Positions 61,318-64,000 of a DNA stretch of 64,000 nucleotides are shown in pieces; position 1 is the stretch's first letter; every line of letters begins with the position of its first letter. Under the pieces are notes generated by a model. It made no database searches. It was not told where the DNA came from and saw only the letters and a list, made by a program, of their open reading frames with translations. The position numbers were made by a program, and so were the translations under genes. This DNA is from Desulfosudaceae bacterium. Its GTDB lineage: Bacteria > Desulfobacterota > Desulfobacteria > Desulfobacterales > Desulfosudaceae. The stretch is from assembly GCA_963674745.2 (NCBI GenBank), contig CAXXDV010000002.1, positions 32,001 to 96,000 of the forward strand, given 5' to 3'.

Positions 61318-61508
61318 TTTGTTTAACGTGTTATCAGCAAACAAATTGGCAAGAACGGATTACCGTTGCGAAACGTTCAGTAATTTATTCTTGTCCAATA
61401 CCTTTTGGGCAAAATGAAAATTCTTACCATATATTGTATTATTTTTTACGCAAAGTCAATAAATAACGATTTCCAGCCCCGGCGATTGAACACCTCCAGT
61501 CGGCGGTT

Positions 61509-62036
61509 TTAATAGTTGCCCACCTGAAGCTTATACCCGTTTCGAAAAAGATAGGTGTAGTCAGCAGCATATTGGGAACCTTCCAGTTCCAGGGCGTTTT
61601 TCAAAAACCACAACTCCAGATCATCGTTCCAGGCCGACCGGTCCTTGTCTTCAGGCGGTATACCTTTGATACGATCAATCTCGTTGCCGTTTTTATAAAG
61701 AATGACAGTGGGTAGCATCTCCAGACCGAATCGGGCGGGGTCATCGTCAATCCGCCAGTGAAACATGGCGAATTTCGCTTTCCCGCTGTATTTTTTAGCC
61801 AGCCATTCCAGCCGCCATTTCATGTCAAGGGATTGCCAGAACTGGGTGTTATAAAACAAAACAATAGCCGAACCGCCATAACTCAGGATCTCATCGGCAT
61901 ATGTCTGGTGGTTGACAATCGTCAACGGTGAGGTCGGTTCCGGTGAATATGGCCGGATGCTTTGTTGCCCCGCGCAGGCCACCAGTAAAAGCATGGGAAC
62001 GACGGCAAAAAACAGGGTGAAAACGGTTTTTTTCAT
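61509..62036 (-). CDS. Thioredoxin-fold lipoprotein lacking CxxC
   Basis: Lipobox LVAC; AIVLFY..., FGLEMLPTVILYKNGNEIDRIKG. Confidence 0.7.
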   Translation of the reverse strand: MKKTVFTLFFAVVPMLLLVACAGQQSIRPYSPEPTSPLTIVNHQTYADEILSYGGSAIVLFYNTQFWQSLDMKWRLEWLAKKYSGKAKFAMFHWRIDDDPARFGLEMLPTVILYKNGNEIDRIKGIPPEDKDRSAWNDDLELWFLKNALELEGSQYAADYTYLFRNGYKLQVGNY

Positions 62037-62132
62037 GTCATGATCCTTTTCCGCTATTTGTCTCTTCCAAGCGATTTTAACATTATCCTATCAATGTGTT
62101 AAACCACCAGAGCGAAAGCGCTGACAGGCGCT

Positions 62133-64000
62133 TTATTGCCAGGGGTTGTCCATTTTATAGGGATTATCTTGCCTATAGGGATTGTCTTGTCTATAGGGAT
62201 TATCACCTTTATATGTATGGCTATGGTCCGGGGTCTCTGACGGCTGGTCGGTTTTTGTGCCATTCCCGGGTTGCGTGTCGGGGCCCAACGATACGCCCGG
62301 CTGATTATTGCCTTGCCCGGTTGGCGTGTCAGTTCCTAAAATAACGCCCGAGTCTGTCTCCGTAATGGTAACATTAACCCCGTCTGTTCCTGTGCCGTCA
62401 GTGCCGGAACCTGCGGCTGTTCCCGTTCCGGTCACATCAGTGCCGTCAGTGCCGGAACCTGCGGCTGTTCCCGTTCCGGTCACATCAGTACCGTCAGTGC
62501 CGGAACCTGTGGCTGTTCCCGTTCCGGTCACGTCAGTACCGTCAGTGCCGGAACCTGTGGCTGTTCCCGTTCCGGTCACGTCAGTACCGTCAGTGCCGGA
62601 ACCTGCGGCTGTTCCCGTTCCGGTCACATCAGTACCGTCAGTGCCGGAACCTGTGGCTGTTCCCGTTCCGGTCACGTCAGTACCGTCAGTGCCGGAACCT
62701 GTGGCTGTTCCCGTTCCGGTCACGTCAGTGCCGTCAGTGCCGGAACCTGTGGCTGTTCCCGTTCCGGTCACGTCAGTGCCGTCAGTGCCGGAGGCCGACC
62801 CTGTTCCCGCTCCCGTTCCGGTCGAGCCGTCAATGCCCGTGCCCGTCCCCGCCAGGATTACATTGTCAGGTAGTACATCGCCCGTACCGTCACCGTTCCC
62901 CAGCATTCCGATCAGATCCTGGGCCAGTTTACCGCCGTTAAGCACCGGATTCGTGAGGATTTCGGTAATGGTGAGGCCCATGTCGAGGCTGGAGTCCACG
63001 ACTTTCTGAACGTCTTCGGGCAGCATGTCATGCCATTGCTTGAATTTGTCCTTCCAACCCGAAAAGTTGCCCCCAACGGAGAGCCCATCGACCAGAACTT
63101 TTATGGAGCCAATTTTATCCAGCAATAATGGTCCAAGCTTGCCCAGATCGTCCATCCACCCCGTCGGCAGTTTTATTTTGGAAAGGTCATCCAGTGCGTT
63201 TTTCCATTTAGAAAAATCACCTAAATCATCCGGATTCATTCCCATAAAGGTCAAGAGCTTCTGGAATTTTCCCATTTGTGCAAATTTGTCAAGAGAACCG
63301 CCTATGTTTGCAAGTCCACCGCCGATGATTCCGAGTATATCCAGCCGGAAATTCCTGCTGTCCGCTTCCTCTTTGGATATACGGCCATAATCTTTTTCTG
63401 TGTTAACGTAACCCTGGAGCCCGCTTATGTAGCCGCCCAGCGCAAAAGCCGCGCAGGCCCAGCCCCCGGTTACAACACAGCCGGCGGCGCCCAGGCCAAA
63501 AAGACCGGCTTTCCACAAGGAAAAACTGCCATTGTCATAAAAGGTGTTTTCAATGGTGTTGATGGCCCAGACCTGTGCTCTTTCGGGTATGAAGCTGCAG
63601 GCATATGCCCCTGCTTTATTAACCAGATTTTTGGCGCCGTTATAGGTGGCACTGGCGATCTGACCGGTTTTGGTGGCGATCTTTCCGCCCACTTCTACGG
63701 CTTTGGTGATTACGGCCGAGGCTGTATTTTTAACTTTCTGGCCGATGGGTCGGACCCAGTTTTCATTAAACGAACGGGCTTTGGACGAGAGCCAGCTGCC
63801 GAATCCCCCGATATAAGGCGGCTGGGTCAGATAATCCGATCCCAGGGCGGAAGCGGCAAGGTTTATGGCCCGGGGATTGCCGATGCCTTTGACCACCACC
63901 ATCCGTGAGCCGGCGGTAAAGACCACGTCGATACTGTCCGGATTCAGGTGCAGGAACGGTTCATTGCCCAGACGGGCACTTAAGTCGAACAGAAGACGGG
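62133..64000 (-). CDS. C-terminal part of a large protein with Gly/Thr/Asp tandem repeats (5' end probably outside the window)
   Basis: 597-aa ORF whose frame appears to run to the window edge; hydrophobic Gly/Cys segment, 16-aa repeats, DNPY repeats. Confidence 0.75.
   Translation of the reverse strand, partial: RLLFDLSARLGNEPFLHLNPDSIDVVFTAGSRMVVVKGIGNPRAINLAASALGSDYLTQPPYIGGFGSWLSSKARSFNENWVRPIGQKVKNTASAVITKAVEVGGKIATKTGQIASATYNGAKNLVNKAGAYACSFIPERAQVWAINTIENTFYDNGSFSLWKAGLFGLGAAGCVVTGGWACAAFALGGYISGLQGYVNTEKDYGRISKEEADSRNFRLDILGIIGGGLANIGGSLDKFAQMGKFQKLLTFMGMNPDDLGDFSKWKNALDDLSKIKLPTGWMDDLGKLGPLLLDKIGSIKVLVDGLSVGGNFSGWKDKFKQWHDMLPEDVQKVVDSSLDMGLTITEILTNPVLNGGKLAQDLIGMLGNGDGTGDVLPDNVILAGTGTGIDGSTGTGAGTGSASGTDGTDVTGTGTATGSGTDGTDVTGTGTATGSGTDGTDVTGTGTATGSGTDGTDVTGTGTAAGSGTDGTDVTGTGTATGSGTDGTDVTGTGTATGSGTDGTDVTGTGTAAGSGTDGTDVTGTGTAAGSGTDGTGTDGVNVTITETDSGVILGTDTPTGQGNNQPGVSLGPDTQPGNGTKTDQPSETPDHSHTYKGDNPYRQDNPYRQDNPYKMDNPWQ
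62392..62792. repeat. Coding tandem repeat, 48 nt x 8 plus a partial unit
   Basis: Unit gtRccgtcagtgccggaacctgYggctgttcccgttccggtcacRtca, encoding GSGTDGTDVTGTGTA(T/A) on the minus strand. Confidence 0.95.

Noticed and set aside
62392..62792. CRISPR array
   Set aside because: Contiguous 48-nt units with no unique spacers, in frame within a CDS, and no cas genes in the window
62308..63009. Plus-strand Pro/Val repeat ORF (233 aa)
   Set aside because: Antisense shadow of the minus-strand repeat protein
1..64000. tRNA/rRNA genes, prophage or defence genes
   Set aside because: None recognised by eye; a tRNAscan/Infernal/DefenseFinder run would be needed to exclude them formally

Overview
Bacterial DNA of moderate GC, by gene content most likely from an anaerobic Desulfobacterota-type organism (inference from sigma54 systems, a selenocysteine formate dehydrogenase, csrA and Fe-S oxidoreductases). 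Left half (1-31 kb): (i) a frameshift-riddled Ser/Thr-kinase-AAA-GAF-histidine-kinase hybrid with a NarL regulator; (ii) a lipase; (iii) two divergent sigma54 operons, one a TauE exporter plus a two-component system and the other a Tat-less Psr/Phs-type molybdoenzyme with Fe-S and GltD-like subunits and a porin; (iv) panP, a Sec-containing FDH with SECIS, csrA, a radical SAM gene and tkt; (v) a pspF-pspA-nfeD-flotillin stress operon. Right half (31.2-64 kb) is one co-oriented minus-strand locus and the best candidate for an undescribed system. It is an atypical Tad pilus (CpaE-CpaF fusion, TPR-containing TadB, an extra PilB/GspE ATPase between tadB and tadC). It is followed by three FHA membrane proteins, a Ser/Thr kinase-DUF4384, an exported caspase-family protease, CsgG-like and DUF799-like proteins, two paralogous exported proteins, a TolC/MFP/ABC exporter and a PP2C phosphatase. 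A large repeat-bearing protein lies upstream. The exporter genes are interrupted by two small genes bracketed by three copies of an unannotated structured repeat whose base pairing is conserved while its sequence varies. All family assignments are by motif recognition; no database searches were run.
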